A stretch of DNA of 64,000 nucleotides from Podospora anserina (Eukaryota), in assembly GCA_017654855.1 (NCBI GenBank), contig CM030335.1, positions 1,178,001 to 1,242,000 of the forward strand. The letters are read 5' to 3'. Below the pieces are notes generated by a model, which ran no database searches, was not told the origin of the DNA, and saw only the letters and a program-made list of their open reading frames with translations. Made by a program: the position numbers and the translations under genes. The number at the start of each line of letters is the position of its first letter. The first letter of the stretch is position 1. This document shows positions 1 through 11,838 of this stretch, one piece after another.

Positions 1-2
1 GC

Positions 3-629
3 TCAAATGGCCATTCAAGCAGAACTGTCACTCCTGCTCATAGCCACACCCAGCAACACCAACGCTCGGCTCACGATCAACAGACAACCAGGCCTGGCAC
101 CCCAACCACGCAAGCATCAACACTTGTGCACTCTTCAAGTACGTCGACAATTCCAAAGAGTAAGCCGGTATCAACGTCTCTGAAATATCCAAATATGTCG
201 ACAATCTCAAAGAGAAAGCCAGTGGGAGCAAACCCAGTACCAAATGTCTCGGCAACATACACATCAAGCCACAGTAAACCAGAGTCCACATCGAAACCAT
301 CTTCATCCACAGCCTCAAGCTGGACCGAATTCGACCGCACGTCCCACTCCTCCAAAAGTGTCAAGCTCCCCAGCAAGAAAGCTGGTCCCACTGTCTATCA
401 TTATCTTGGCCGCGAACACCTCCCCTTACCACCTCACCACAAACTCCCAGCCCGCATCTCGAATGTAGAGATAATCAACTGGCGACCAATACACAGCACC
501 TCTCCGCCTGCGCCTCACCAACACCCGATAGAGTTCAGGGCGATTGAGATCGTAGATAATCCCGATACCTACCCAGAATCTGGTTTACGGCTGGCGGGGG
601 TTCAGAATGCACCGGATTGGCAGCCGTAG
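3..629 (+). CDS. 3' part of a Ser/Thr/Pro-rich hypothetical protein, truncated by the window start
   Basis: The frame of ORF 126..629 is open back to position 3 (SNGHSSRTVTPAH...) and ends in TAG at 627-629. It is low complexity with no recognisable domain. Confidence 0.5.
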   Translation, partial: SNGHSSRTVTPAHSHTQQHQRSAHDQQTTRPGTPTTQASTLVHSSSTSTIPKSKPVSTSLKYPNMSTISKRKPVGANPVPNVSATYTSSHSKPESTSKPSSSTASSWTEFDRTSHSSKSVKLPSKKAGPTVYHYLGREHLPLPPHHKLPARISNVEIINWRPIHSTSPPAPHQHPIEFRAIEIVDNPDTYPESGLRLAGVQNAPDWQP

Positions 630-2188
630 TTACGGATGGGATTGGTTTGGGCCTTGGAAGTACAAAGGTGGAGAGTTTTATCGGCCAGGGTATTATTTGA
701 TGGATGTTGAGCCTGACGAAAGGTGCAAGACGGTTTAGTTGTGTTATCATGAGTTTGAAGACGGAGATGTGAGGAGCTGAGATGGGTTGGGGAGATATGC
801 AGTGGTGGGAGAGGAGGTTGCATGGCTTTCGCCAGTATCTTAATAGAGGTGGGAACTACTCCATATATTCTGAAAGCTCTCTTGAGGATTTCGGATCCAG
901 TATAAGCCTTGTATCTAGACTTTTCCGTATGTTTCGTTTTGTTATTGGAGTGAGACTGTTGCGGGTTGACATTGTCTGAGAGAAAATCAGTGTCAGACCT
1001 CGAGCACACGTTCATGACATGCAGCAGATCACCGGTCTTGCCAGATATTCTGTGCATTGTCGATCGTGAGGAAAGTCAGAGCTGGAACCGCTGGTGTTTT
1101 CTCAGCCATGCTGTGGTACATCCGACACAAACAAGGCCGGGTGGGCCTGGTAGCTCGATACACAGACTCGGTGAGCACAAAGATGTTTATGTTTGTGTGG
1201 CGGTAGCATCTAATATCCAGAAACATCAAGCAAACCGTTTCAAAGAGAGATGTGATGGCAGATGCGGCTTATAAGCTTGGCAGAGAAGCTGGCGCTGCAG
1301 CTTCTCTTTGGCGGTGATGGTTCTGGGCTTGGGCGATCGGTTGAATTGGGTTTTACGAGTGATGACAGATGCACTCGAACCCCCCCCCTGCAAGGCCGAG
1401 GCCACCTGCTGGGGAGATTGGCCAATCAGGAGATGATGATTCTGACCCCCCTGTCAAACCCCCCTGATAACACGAGTGTCGAGCTCGTTGCCGATTGGTT
1501 CAGATCAAAATGCACGGCCGGCCGGGCCCGACGCGATCCAACCACCTGCACTTCCCGAAGCGTGAACACCACAGCACGACCACTTGTTCAGTCAACATTT
1601 TGATATTTCCCTTTTGGCGACAACCCACAGCAGCAACATGCAGCAGAACGCATTCCAGCCGGCCGACCACAACGACCCGCGCCATGCTGTGAGCACTGGC
1701 AGTTGAAAGGCTGGTTGAGGCCTGGATGGTGGGAACAACATCGATGTGGCGTCCCCAGCTCCCCATGTCGGCTTATAATTAAAGAGACTAGCGCCGTGCC
1801 ATCCCCCCTCCCCATGCCCCTTCTGGGAGCATCGCATCGCCCACATCCCTTCCATCCTCCTCCCTCGTCGCCTGTGATTCCACTCCTGATTCCCACAACC
1901 TCCTCACACACTCACTTGTTTCTTTCGGTTGCTCTGGTGCCGCTCCCCCGTTCATCGCGAGTATTTGACTCCATTCCCCAGGCCGTATCCATTCGTTACT
2001 CCGGATTCCTCCCCAGTCAGTCGTTCATTCACCATCTCATCCTGGTATAATCCCAGCCTTCCAGAGTTGTATGATACCACCCTCTCGTTCAAAACCACAT
2101 AAAAAAAAACTCTCATCCCGTCCGACCGCCATTCCTCTTCGCGACACGCTCGATTCTCCATCGTAATCCACCATAATCAATCGCCAAA

Positions 2189-2825
2189 ATGAAGTCCTTC
2201 TTCCTCCCCGTCGCCGTCCTCGTCTCGGCCGCCATGGCCCAGACCACCAGCGTCTGTGGTGCCGACTACATAGTCGAGGCCTGCCTCGGCTCCGAGAAGG
2301 CGAAGCTCGCCGCCTGCGGCCAGAGTGACTACGACTGCTCATGCGCCGCCTGGCAAGCTATCCTCACGTAAGTTTCGCTGTGTCACCCGCCATCTTGGTG
2401 ATATTCTAGACAGTATCTAACCTCCTTCCGCGCGTACAGCTGCTACAACAACTGCCCCAACGACTCTCGTCTCCGTAAGTTCTCAACCCGCCCACCTTGC
2501 CTCGAACGCGTAATCTCTGTATTTATACTGACTCTCCGTATTAGACTCTGACGTCGGCCAAAAGGACATCTTCTGCGGCTACGCCTCCCAGTTCCCTTCC
2601 AAGGCCACCGCTGCCCCTTCCGCCTCCAAAACCAATAACGTCACCCCGACCCAGACCCCACATCAGAACCAGGTTGAGGATGACGCGAGTAACACTGACG
2701 ACGAGTCCGGCACCTCCACCTCCACCAGCTCCCCAGCCACCAACACCAACAGCGCTGCGTATCTCGCCCTGAACGCTGGCGGTGTCCTCGCCGCCATCGC
2801 CGGTGTTGTTGCTGTCGTGCTCTAA
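2189..2825 (+). CDS. Small secreted GPI-anchored Cys-containing, Ser/Thr-rich cell-wall protein (3 exons: 2189-2367, 2440-2474, 2545-2825)
   Basis: Signal peptide MKSFFLPVAVLVSAAMA is followed by a Cys-rich domain (CGADYIVEACL..CGQSDYDCSC..CYNNCP..FC), an S/T-rich stalk and a hydrophobic GPI-signal tail (NSAAYLALNAGGVLAAIAGVVAVVL*). Both introns have GTAAGT donors with CTAAC/CTGAC branch sites, and splicing restores the frame. Confidence 0.9.
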
Positions 2826-3450
2826 GCGAGAGGAAAGTTTGGCAAGCTATTTGCCGGGTGTTGTGTGGTTCTTTTTGGGGAAAGCCTTCTTTGGAAAAGC
2901 GGAATCTGTGATCCGAGCTTCTTTTGGATAATCATCTGGCTTGGATTACGCAAAAGTTGAGACTGGCATTTATTTGCGATTTTCAGCTTTGGTTCTGACC
3001 GCCTCTTTGTGAGGGTCAGGTTCCCATTTTTCTTCTTTCTGGATTCAAGTAATGCTTAATTTTTTGTGTGTGGTGTTAGCGTTAATGGCTTTGAAGATAG
3101 TAATGAACTTGGGTTGTTATATCGGTCGAAGATTTGGTTCTTGTTTGCTGAGCGATGTTTTCATCATCGGATGGATGATGAGCTGTTCACTGACATTGAT
3201 TCTTGCAGTTGGGGAGAGAAAGACAGGTTTGCCCCGGTGATGGAGTTTGTCAGTTCCACCTGAGCCGAGCCATTGGAGCAACTTTAAGGTAAGATCAGAT
3301 GAAACAAGCTGTCACTGACAAGTCAAGGAGTAACAACAAGCCATTTTAAAAGGTTGGTGAAAGACAGAACTAACACTGACAACTATCAAGGCTAACTTTT
3401 CCTGACCCAAATCCAATCTCAGACCAACCACCCCAACCCCAACCTCACAT

Positions 3451-4148
3451 CTAAGCACTCTCCTCACCCCCCAACTGCGAAAACCCCTTCCTCCCCTCCG
3501 ACTCCTTCCACCCCTTCGCCACCCCGCTCCCAGCCGCGCTCGCCCCCGCCAGCTTCCTAAACGCCGACCGTCCCGGGTCATCCTCACTCCCGGGCTCAGG
3601 CAACGGGCCCTCCACCGTCCCGCTCCCCTCAAACCCACCCTCTGTCAGATTCTTCCCATGCGGCTTCCCGCCCCTCTCGGCACCGGTATGAATCAAATTC
3701 TCGACATAAGTCGGTGCCTTGCCCCCCTGCCCCTCGGGATTGCTCACAGTCTTTGACGACTCCGTCTTGGTCGACTTGGAGCGCATCCCCTTTTGTCCGC
3801 ACTCCGACTGGGACGATTTGGACATTTGGGCTGATTCCAAGGAGGCGGAATTGCTAGAGGGGCGGCCGGTGGTGCCGGAGAGGGAGGATTCGTACTCGGA
3901 TTGGGAGGCTGGCTGGCCGGGGGAGGAGCCGGAGGAGGTGGGGTTTTCGGAGAAGGCGCCGCCGTGACGGTGGGATTCGGCAGCTAGGGAGGAGGGGTTG
4001 ACGGGGCCGGCTGATTCTTGGGTTATGGGGGCTGAGGAGCCCAGAGTGACCTTGGGGGTGTTGTTAGGGGGGTGGTTGTGTTTGGGGGAAGAAGAGGGGG
4101 GAAGGGACTTGCCTTGGTGCCGGCGCTTGGTGCTTTGTTGGGGGACAT
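3451..4148 (-). CDS. Hydrophilic Gly/Ser-rich fungal hypothetical protein (2 exons: 4148-4113, 4050-3451)
   Basis: ATG at 4148 gives MSPNKAPSAGTK. A 62-nt GCAAGT...CCTAAC...AAG intron joins it in frame to VTLGSSAPITQESAGPVNPSSLAAES..GGAFSEN...GGKPHGKNLTEGGF...DDPGR. The unspliced frame hits TAA. Confidence 0.75.
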
Positions 4149-5344
4149 GATTAATGATTTGGTTTATTTGGACTTTGCAGAGGAGTTTGGTTACAGAGCT
4201 GGAGATGATTGCAGATAGGAATTGGGTTCAGGAGAGAGCACAATTCCTATTTAATCTTCTTTGGCATCTTCTTGAACTGTGGAAAGACACGGGTGATGTC
4301 ATTCGGTCCCCCTCTCTGATGTCATGTTGGCATTTTGTATCCCGTTTCTAATTGAGGTGAATATATGAGACGCGGGATTCAGATAGGTTCGGAGCTTGGC
4401 TGGGCGGGGAGCTCCTCCAGTCCATGACTTCATGATGAGCTCTTGTTTGCAGCCAATCTGTGTTATGTAAGGAGGCACAGGGAGCCTGGCAGCTTTTGTG
4501 AGAGGTGGAGGGGAGGAAAGGGCGGCTCTATGGAATGTAGCTTTGGTATCTCAATGAGATCTACCTTACCCTGCTGTTGCCCACTCTTCAGAGGTATTGT
4601 ATGGCGTCTGTTTCATCCTTTTCAGGGCATTCTGGAGCTGTCTTTCTTGAGAGTTTAAAAGTGTCTGGACTAACTCCTGGGCCACACGGATTGGAAGAGT
4701 CTTCTCTGGTCAGCAAATGAATCTTTCTGAATGAATTTATGTGTTTCTCAGTTAGATATAGGGACAACATGTCGTGTAAGCGAGTTCTAGGATCAAGGGT
4801 TAGGGTTGCCAGTGTCATGTGCTGGACGTGCGAAACAAGATCAAGAGCACTGGATACTCGGAGACTGCGATCATATAAGAAAGCAAGCCTAGACCTCGGA
4901 CACGATTGCATGTAGAGGAGAAACTACGGACCTATCCTGCTGCATCGCAAGACTGGCTCGGTACCCAAGAAACTCGCCGGTGAGTCAGCAGCTGGCCAGA
5001 GGCGTGATTCTGGAATCGGCGCCACCTTTGGTTGTTCCCGCCCGCCCAAAGCTCCGACCGACCATCAGCGCATTTGCCCCGCGATTCTTGCTGCTCTTTT
5101 TCCCTGTCGAAAACTCATGGGGTCCGACCTTGGGCCCCGAACTCACCTGTGTTATTGAAAAATTCATAGGGATTCAGGTTGTGGCCATCAAGCCGGTGTC
5201 TCCGTTAAGTTGATGCCGAATTTACAAACCGCCACATCGGTTTTATTCACTCTTGCCCGCCGCCCTCCACTCGATCGACGTTTTGCGAGGCCGACGCATT
5301 GACACCAGTCGACGATTTGACTACTCCCATCTACCTTCTCATGT

Positions 5345-7528
5345 ATGCACAGGGCCCACTCACCCTCATGCCACTCTCCTCTGCCAGCAATGGCAACTGA
5401 CATTTCGCCTCCAAGTCCCGATGAGCTTCGGTTTGCTTCAGAGCAAGCCTTAGCCAAACCACCCGACGAGCAGCAGCCGGTTGCTCCGGCCACGACATCA
5501 AACATGAACTCGACGTCATCAGCCCCAAGCAAGCCTCCGCCGGCGGCACCAGCGAACCACTCCCCCGCGCCTCCCCAGGCTCCCCCATCGGCGAGCTTTG
5601 ATACAAGCCGACGACAGACACAGAGTCCCTTACACGCTCCGGGACAGCCTCGGAAGAGCCAAGGGGCAAGAAAACAGCATAGAAACCAGAGAAGGGCTGG
5701 CCCGTCGTTTGGCGACTCTCATATGGACGACGAGGACGCCATGGCTGAGATTAGAGCCCTTCGCAATACCTCCAGCCGCCGCGGCCAAACATCCATCACA
5801 CATCTAATGAATTATGCGCTTCCACCACGACCATATGAGGGTTCGCACGCGCCTTACTCCCGATCCTACCGGAGAAACCCTGCGTGGGGCGTAGGCTCGG
5901 GATATCACGCCGTGGACAAGGCCCGGTACATCCATGCGAACTACCGCTTTGTTGTGACCCCCGAGGGCGACTACACCGTCCAAGCCTCCGACGCCGACCA
6001 GCACATCGAGTGGACCGACGTACTTCAAGTCATTGCATCTACTGAATCGCAACAGACTTCGTGCCCCATCTGCCTGTCTGAGCCGGTTGCGCCGCGCATG
6101 GCAAAGTGCGGGCACATCTTTTGCCTGCCTTGCTTGATGCGCTTCATGAACACGACCGTGGGTGATGGAACAGAAAAGAAGCAGCCCAAGTGGAGGAAAT
6201 GCCCAATCTGCGAGGACAGCATCCAGTTATCTGATGTGCGACCGGTGAGGTTCTATGCCGGGCAGGAAAGCCCTCTGCCTCGCCCGGGAGACGATGTGAT
6301 TTTGCGCCTGATGGCTCGGAACCCCAAAAGCACGCTTGCGCTCCCTCGAGAGAGCGGCGCAGAGGTGCTCGAGTCTGGCGAGGATATCCCCTGGCACTGG
6401 GCGGCCAACGTGCTGGATTATGCGAGAATCATGAGGGGTACGGGCGGTTACATGGCGGAGCAGTTTGACCGAGAAATCGAAGAGCTGCTCAAGCAGGAGA
6501 AGGAGGACGAGCTCTTGTATCAGGAAGACACAGAATGGACGCAAAAGGCCGTCAGGGCGATCAACAATGCAAAGGAAAAGATGATTGGGCTTGGGGAGTC
6601 ACAGTCGCGGACTTCGTCATCCAAGGCCCCTGAGCTGGTGGTGGTTGCGCCGGAGCAGAAGCCTCAGGATCAAGGATTTTACTTCTATACATCGCCACCA
6701 CACCTCTACTTGTCGCCGCTTGATATCCGGATTCTCAAGACAAAGTATGGTTCTTTCTCGTCGTTTCCGTCGACGTTGCTACCTCGAGTGGAGCACATTT
6801 CTACAGGGCACGTCGTCGACGACGCGCTTAGGAAAAGAGCAAAGTACCTGGGCCATCTCCCCCAGGGGTGCCTGATTAGCTTTTTGGAGTGCGACTGGAC
6901 GGATATTGTCCCCTCGGAGGACCTCGCCACTTTTGCAGAAGATATCGAGCGCCGGAGGAAGCGGAACCGCGACAAGGCCGCGCAGGAGGAGCGCGAGCGG
7001 ATCCAGGCCGAAAGGATCGAAGCCGCTCAGGTGCGCGGGGCTAGGCGGCAGCTGGGCGTGTTGGATGAGGACATCACGGCGGTTAGGTTTGGCAATGCGG
7101 GATTTGTGGACGAGGAGTCGCCGGTGAATATGGATGATTTCTTGCCGTTGGGGGTAACGGCAGCTACTTCGGGGACGTCACCGCCGAATCAGAGGAATGG
7201 GTTTGGCACGCTGGGGGAGATTAGCACGAGCCCGTCCGGGAGCAGGACGGTGTGGGGGACTCGTGCTGTTGCTGGTGAGCCTGTGTCGGCGGCGGTTCCT
7301 AGGCCGAGGGTGGATGATGGGTGGTTGAAGGATGATGCGGTCTTGGAGACGTTGGGGGCGGTGGATATGACTTTTCAGATGGAGGCCATGGGGATTGCCG
7401 AGGCCGGTGGCCCGTCGGGCAGTGCTACGGGTGCTCCTGGTGGTGGTGGTGGTGTTGGCGGCGGCGGGAAGAAGAAGAAGAAGCAAAAGATTACGTTGAT
7501 GAGCACGGGGGGCAAGAGAGGGCTGTAG
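5345..7528 (+). CDS. MAG2: RING-finger E3 ubiquitin ligase, Mag2/RNF10 family
   Basis: Contains a C3HC4 RING (CPICLSEPVAPRMAKCGHIFCLPCL...CPIC), the DKARYIHANYRFVV motif, YLSPLDIRILK and a KKKKQKITLMSTGG C-terminus, all typical of Mag2/RNF10. The true start may be 5390 or 5503. Confidence 0.9.
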   Translation: MHRAHSPSCHSPLPAMATDISPPSPDELRFASEQALAKPPDEQQPVAPATTSNMNSTSSAPSKPPPAAPANHSPAPPQAPPSASFDTSRRQTQSPLHAPGQPRKSQGARKQHRNQRRAGPSFGDSHMDDEDAMAEIRALRNTSSRRGQTSITHLMNYALPPRPYEGSHAPYSRSYRRNPAWGVGSGYHAVDKARYIHANYRFVVTPEGDYTVQASDADQHIEWTDVLQVIASTESQQTSCPICLSEPVAPRMAKCGHIFCLPCLMRFMNTTVGDGTEKKQPKWRKCPICEDSIQLSDVRPVRFYAGQESPLPRPGDDVILRLMARNPKSTLALPRESGAEVLESGEDIPWHWAANVLDYARIMRGTGGYMAEQFDREIEELLKQEKEDELLYQEDTEWTQKAVRAINNAKEKMIGLGESQSRTSSSKAPELVVVAPEQKPQDQGFYFYTSPPHLYLSPLDIRILKTKYGSFSSFPSTLLPRVEHISTGHVVDDALRKRAKYLGHLPQGCLISFLECDWTDIVPSEDLATFAEDIERRRKRNRDKAAQEERERIQAERIEAAQVRGARRQLGVLDEDITAVRFGNAGFVDEESPVNMDDFLPLGVTAATSGTSPPNQRNGFGTLGEISTSPSGSRTVWGTRAVAGEPVSAAVPRPRVDDGWLKDDAVLETLGAVDMTFQMEAMGIAEAGGPSGSATGAPGGGGGVGGGGKKKKKQKITLMSTGGKRGL

Positions 7529-8366
7529 GATGGTTTGGGCTTGCCTGCCCTTAAGTAGAACTAAAGTGATGATGAGGCAAGCTATATTACAAAACATCAA
7601 CATCCAGAGACCTGTGAGATTTGAAAGCATAGCCACTGGTGTTGTCTGGTTGGGTGGTTGGTCGGTCGGTGGGCGATATGACAGCGGACAACCTTTTCAT
7701 AAAATTCGCATTTATATAGCAAATAACGGGCAAAGAGTTACATCCCGATGACTTACTTGCTTTCTATCACCCTGGCTTAATCTCCACTCAAAATTGGTTT
7801 TAAAACGACAGTTTATTATAGGAACCTTGTAGGTAGCTACCAGCATACAACCAAACCAGACATTAACGGGGCATGACCTTGAAAACAGAAGAAAAGTCCC
7901 CATTGAACGACCCTGAGTAGAAACAACCGGGCCTTGGATATCGCGAACCACTCAAACAACCCACCACACTCAATCAAACTTCCTCCCACAATCGAAAACA
8001 AAAACATAACCCATCCCGTTCTTTCACCTTGTTGTATATGAAACAAGTCCCCCAAACTATAGACGAGTCTTTCGTTCCTTTATCCACCACACACTCCACC
8101 ACCAACGATGACACCGACGCAACACAGGCAAAGAGCCCCATCAGAAGACCTCGTTCCGGATAATAACAATCCCGACCAATGCTTTTCTGAAACAACGAAT
8201 GCCCTCAGCCTATGACATATGTGCGGAATATCCACCTTGCAAACCAGGGGGGGAATCATGAGAGAGAAAACAGGAAGATAGGAAAGTAGCAGCCCCGAGC
8301 AAGAAAACAAGCTGATTTAAACGCCCAAGTCCTGAATCAAAAGACACAACTCTGCTGAAAAGAGGC

Positions 8367-11300
8367 TTAATGCCCGGAGAACTTCTGCTTCAGCTTGGCG
8401 AAGAAGCCGCTAACTCTGTTCTTCTTCTTGTCGGCCGTGGTGGTCTTGGTGAGGGTGGCATCAGCACCCGTGGCCTCGGCAACGGCGGCATCCGTGGCCG
8501 CGGCATCAGCAGCAGGTGTGCTTCCATTGGTAGCGGGCTTGGCCTCCTCGGCGGTGGCCTCGGTGGCAGTGGTGGTGGTGGCTTCGGTGGTAGTAGCGGG
8601 AACGGCAGAAGTGGTAGCCTCACCCTCAGCAGCAACCTTGGCCTCCTCAGCCTTGGTCTCCTCAGCCTTGGGCTCCTCAACTTTGGGCTCCTCAACCTTG
8701 GGCTCTTCAACAGCTGGGGGGAGCTCAACAGCCCTGATGGACGCAGGCTCAGCAGCAACTGGCTCGGCAGCCGGGGCAGCGTCGACAGCCTTAACCTCCT
8801 CAGCGGCAGCAGGTGGCTCAACGACCACAGCAGTATCGGCAGCCGGGGCAGCGTCGACAGCCTTAACCTCCTCAGCGGCAGCAGGTGGCTCAACGACCAC
8901 AGCAGTATCGGCAGCCTTGGTCTCCTCGACGGGCTTTGGCGCATCAATCTTGAGGGGCTCTGGCTCGACAGCCTTGACCTCCTCCAAGAGTTCGGCCTCG
9001 ACCTCCCTCTTGTCCTCAACCGCAGCAGCATTGCTAGCAGCCTCTGGGCTCTCGCCAGCCTTCTCCAAAGACTCCTTGACCTCAACAGGAACAACATCGG
9101 CGACAACCTTGGTCTCTTCCTCAATCTTCGCGGCAGCAGCAGCCTTGGCCTCCTCTTCCGCCTTAGCTTCCTCGGCCTTGATGTACGCCTGGGCCTTGGC
9201 GGCAGACTCCTCAATGGAATCTGCGGGCTTCACCTCCTTCAAAAGCTCAGCCTCTACAGCAGCCTTCTCCTCCACAGCAGCAGTGTTGGCCGCAGCCTCG
9301 GGGCTCTCTAGAGCCTCCTTAAGGGACTCCTTCACAGGGGCAGGAACATCAGGGGCCAGGCTCTCCACAATCTCCTCTTGCTTGGCCTCAACCGCTTGTT
9401 GCTGGGCCTCGGTGATGGTCTGCTGAACAGACTCGGGAAGGATCTCCTTGACAGAATCGGGAAGGTTGGTAGCGGCATCGGTAGCGACTTCGGTCGCCTT
9501 CTGGGTAGCCTCGGTGGCAGTCTCGGTGGCCTGGGTAGTGACGTTGGCAGCAGCCTCGCTCGCCTTCTGGGCGGCGTCGCTAGCAACCTCGGTAGCCTTC
9601 TGGGCGACGTCACTGGCAACCTCGGGAGCCTTGGCGGCGTAGTCAGCAGCAACATCGCTGACCTTGTGGGCGACCTCGGTAGCAACCTCGCCGGCGTTCT
9701 GGGCAGCAACGACGGCAGCACCGAGGAGAGCAGTGCCGGCGGTGGCAGCAACAGCGGCGACAGTCTCAGCCACTGACTTGTCGTTCTCCGACTTGTCGGT
9801 GCCCACACCCGCAGTGCCCTCGGAAGTGGAAGGGACCTCGGGAACCTTCTGAAGAAGCTCCTCCTCGACGGCAGCCTTCTCCTTCACCTCCTCCTCGATG
9901 GCGCTGGCCTCAGGCTCAACATGGGCCTCTTCTTGGCTGTGCTTGACGATTTCGGGCACCTTGCCTTCCAGGGGAGCCTGGGCGGCAAGAGTGGCTGTGG
10001 TGGAGTCGGGACCAACGGTGTTAATGGTGACATCATTAGCGCCAGCGATTGGCAGGCTGGACTCAGGGATCATGGTGCTGGTGACTGGGGGAAGCTCGGT
10101 CTCAATGCCGGGAATACGATCAGACTTCTCGTACGACTCCTTGTCCAAGGTGACGTGGCTGTCGATGGCCTCAACTCTGGCAGCGCTGGGAACTGGCTCA
10201 CCAGCCGGCAACGAGATGGGGTTGACGGCGCCAATGGCGGCGGGGAGGGGGTCAACCTTGACCTGCTTGTCGAGCTCGGCAAGAGGAGTCTCGGGATAGG
10301 TGCCGGGAGGCGAAACCTCGGCGGACTTCTGCTCCTCAGCCAGAGCAACAACCTCCTCCTTCTTCTTCTCCCCCGCGGGAGCTGTGGGCTCCTTGTCGGC
10401 CGTCAAGGGGACGACAGCGGCCAATTGAGCGGTGGTGGATTCGGGGGTGACTGTGTTGATGGTGGCCGTGGCGGGGCCGGCCTCTTCTACCTTGTCCGCC
10501 ATTATTTGCTTGGGTAATAAAATGTTGTTTTCGTTGCCTTCGTGATCCTTCTCCTGAGGCGCCGTGTGGTCTGTAGTCCAAACTCCGTCGACGACAAACT
10601 GGACGAGGGAATAATGTCAGTAAAAGAACAGGTTGAGCTGGTAAATTGAGGCGCTTGGAACAAAAGTTAAGCTAACAGCGGGGATTCAATTCAACTTAAA
10701 AGCAGCACTGGGGAGAGGGGCAGTTCCAGCTGGAGACCTGGAATGCAAGCTGCAAGGCCCCGGCTCCTGGTCCTGGTCCTGCGTCACAACCTCGAAGCGG
10801 TATTGGATCATGGGACTCGCATTTGCGCTTATGGGTCCCACTGAAGATACCGCTAGTCTCGGTTGCAACGCTCGGTGCTCATCCTGCGTTGATGCTCCGG
10901 AGTAGGAGCCAGCTCACAGAGATGGCATCAGACACTGTCGGTATATGTCTGGCAGAAGCCCACCAGACACAGTCCAACAAACCCAGCCCGCGACCGCCAG
11001 CCAAATATTGTCATTGCCCCCGTCCTATACAGCATAACATGTGCCAATTGGAGTGGGGTGACATCTGCTGAGGTTTTGGAGCCCCCTCTTGGCGGGGCGA
11101 TGGAGCGGTTGCTTGGCTGTCGGTGGGTGCATCTCGGTGTGGGTGGAGATTCACAAGCACAACTTGATCTCCCTTCACCTGCCGTCCCCGCTCCGGCTGA
11201 TTGCGACCCCCGCCATGCCTTCGAGACCAATGCTGGTAAAGAAAAAAGCCGTTATGATATTGGGAGCAGCATGGCGTCTTGCAACGGTTTCTGAGAATGG

Positions 11301-11838
11301 AAAGAAAAAGAAATGCGCGGCTGGGGAGAGGAGGCAAGGGTGACGAGGATGATGATATGCTGGAGGGGGTAGACGAGGGATCGGAGCAAGCGGAAGGAAA
11401 CAGTCGTACACACCTTGTAGTAAATCTTTTCCGAGGTCTTCGGTAGCGTTACGGTCTTCTGGAAGATCTGTCCAACGCGGTCAAGCTGCTCGCTCTTGCT
11501 CCAGTCGTCAAAGGTGCCTGTCACGTAGACTTCCTCGGCATCATGGGGCCTAGCAATTGAGGAGGGGAAACAGTTAGCAAGCTGTCGAACATATAGGCGG
11601 CAGAATCGTCATGGTGGCGTCAACCGGGCGAAGCTTCGAGCGCGGCTGGATTTGCGAGTCAGAGAGTGCTCGCAAGGATGCAAGCTCTCTGAGCGCAATT
11701 CGATGCGACCGGTCGGCGAACCGCGACATGATGAGTTGCTCTCAATCTGTTGATGGAGACTGCCATTGCCCAGAGCAAAATAGAGGAGATGGATGATGCA
11801 TGCGATGCGACTAACCACTTGAAGGTGAAAGTGCCCAT
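8367..11838 (-). CDS. Crp1/Mdg1-like protein with an N-terminal CBM48 (AMPK beta-type glycogen-binding) domain and a long acidic Ala/Glu-rich tail (exons 11838-11816, 11549-11414, 10598-8367)
   Basis: The spliced N-terminus MGTFTFKWPHDAEEVYVTGTFDDWSKS...KIYYKFVVDGVWTTDHTAPQEKDHEGNENNIL is a classic AMPK1_CBM/CBM48 sequence. It joins the 711-aa ORF in frame, which ends KKKNRVSGFFAKLKQKF. Confidence 0.88.
8764..8916. repeat. Perfect 72-bp tandem duplication (2.1 copies) inside the Crp1-like CDS
   Basis: Identical units start at 8764, 8836 and, partially, 8908. They encode ADTAVVVEPPAAAEEVKAVDAAPA twice. Confidence 0.95.

Noticed and set aside
8370-9426. Long + strand ORFs (313 and 343 aa) opposite the Crp1-like gene
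   Set aside because: Antisense shadows of a codon-biased Ala/Glu-rich CDS, with no independent motifs.
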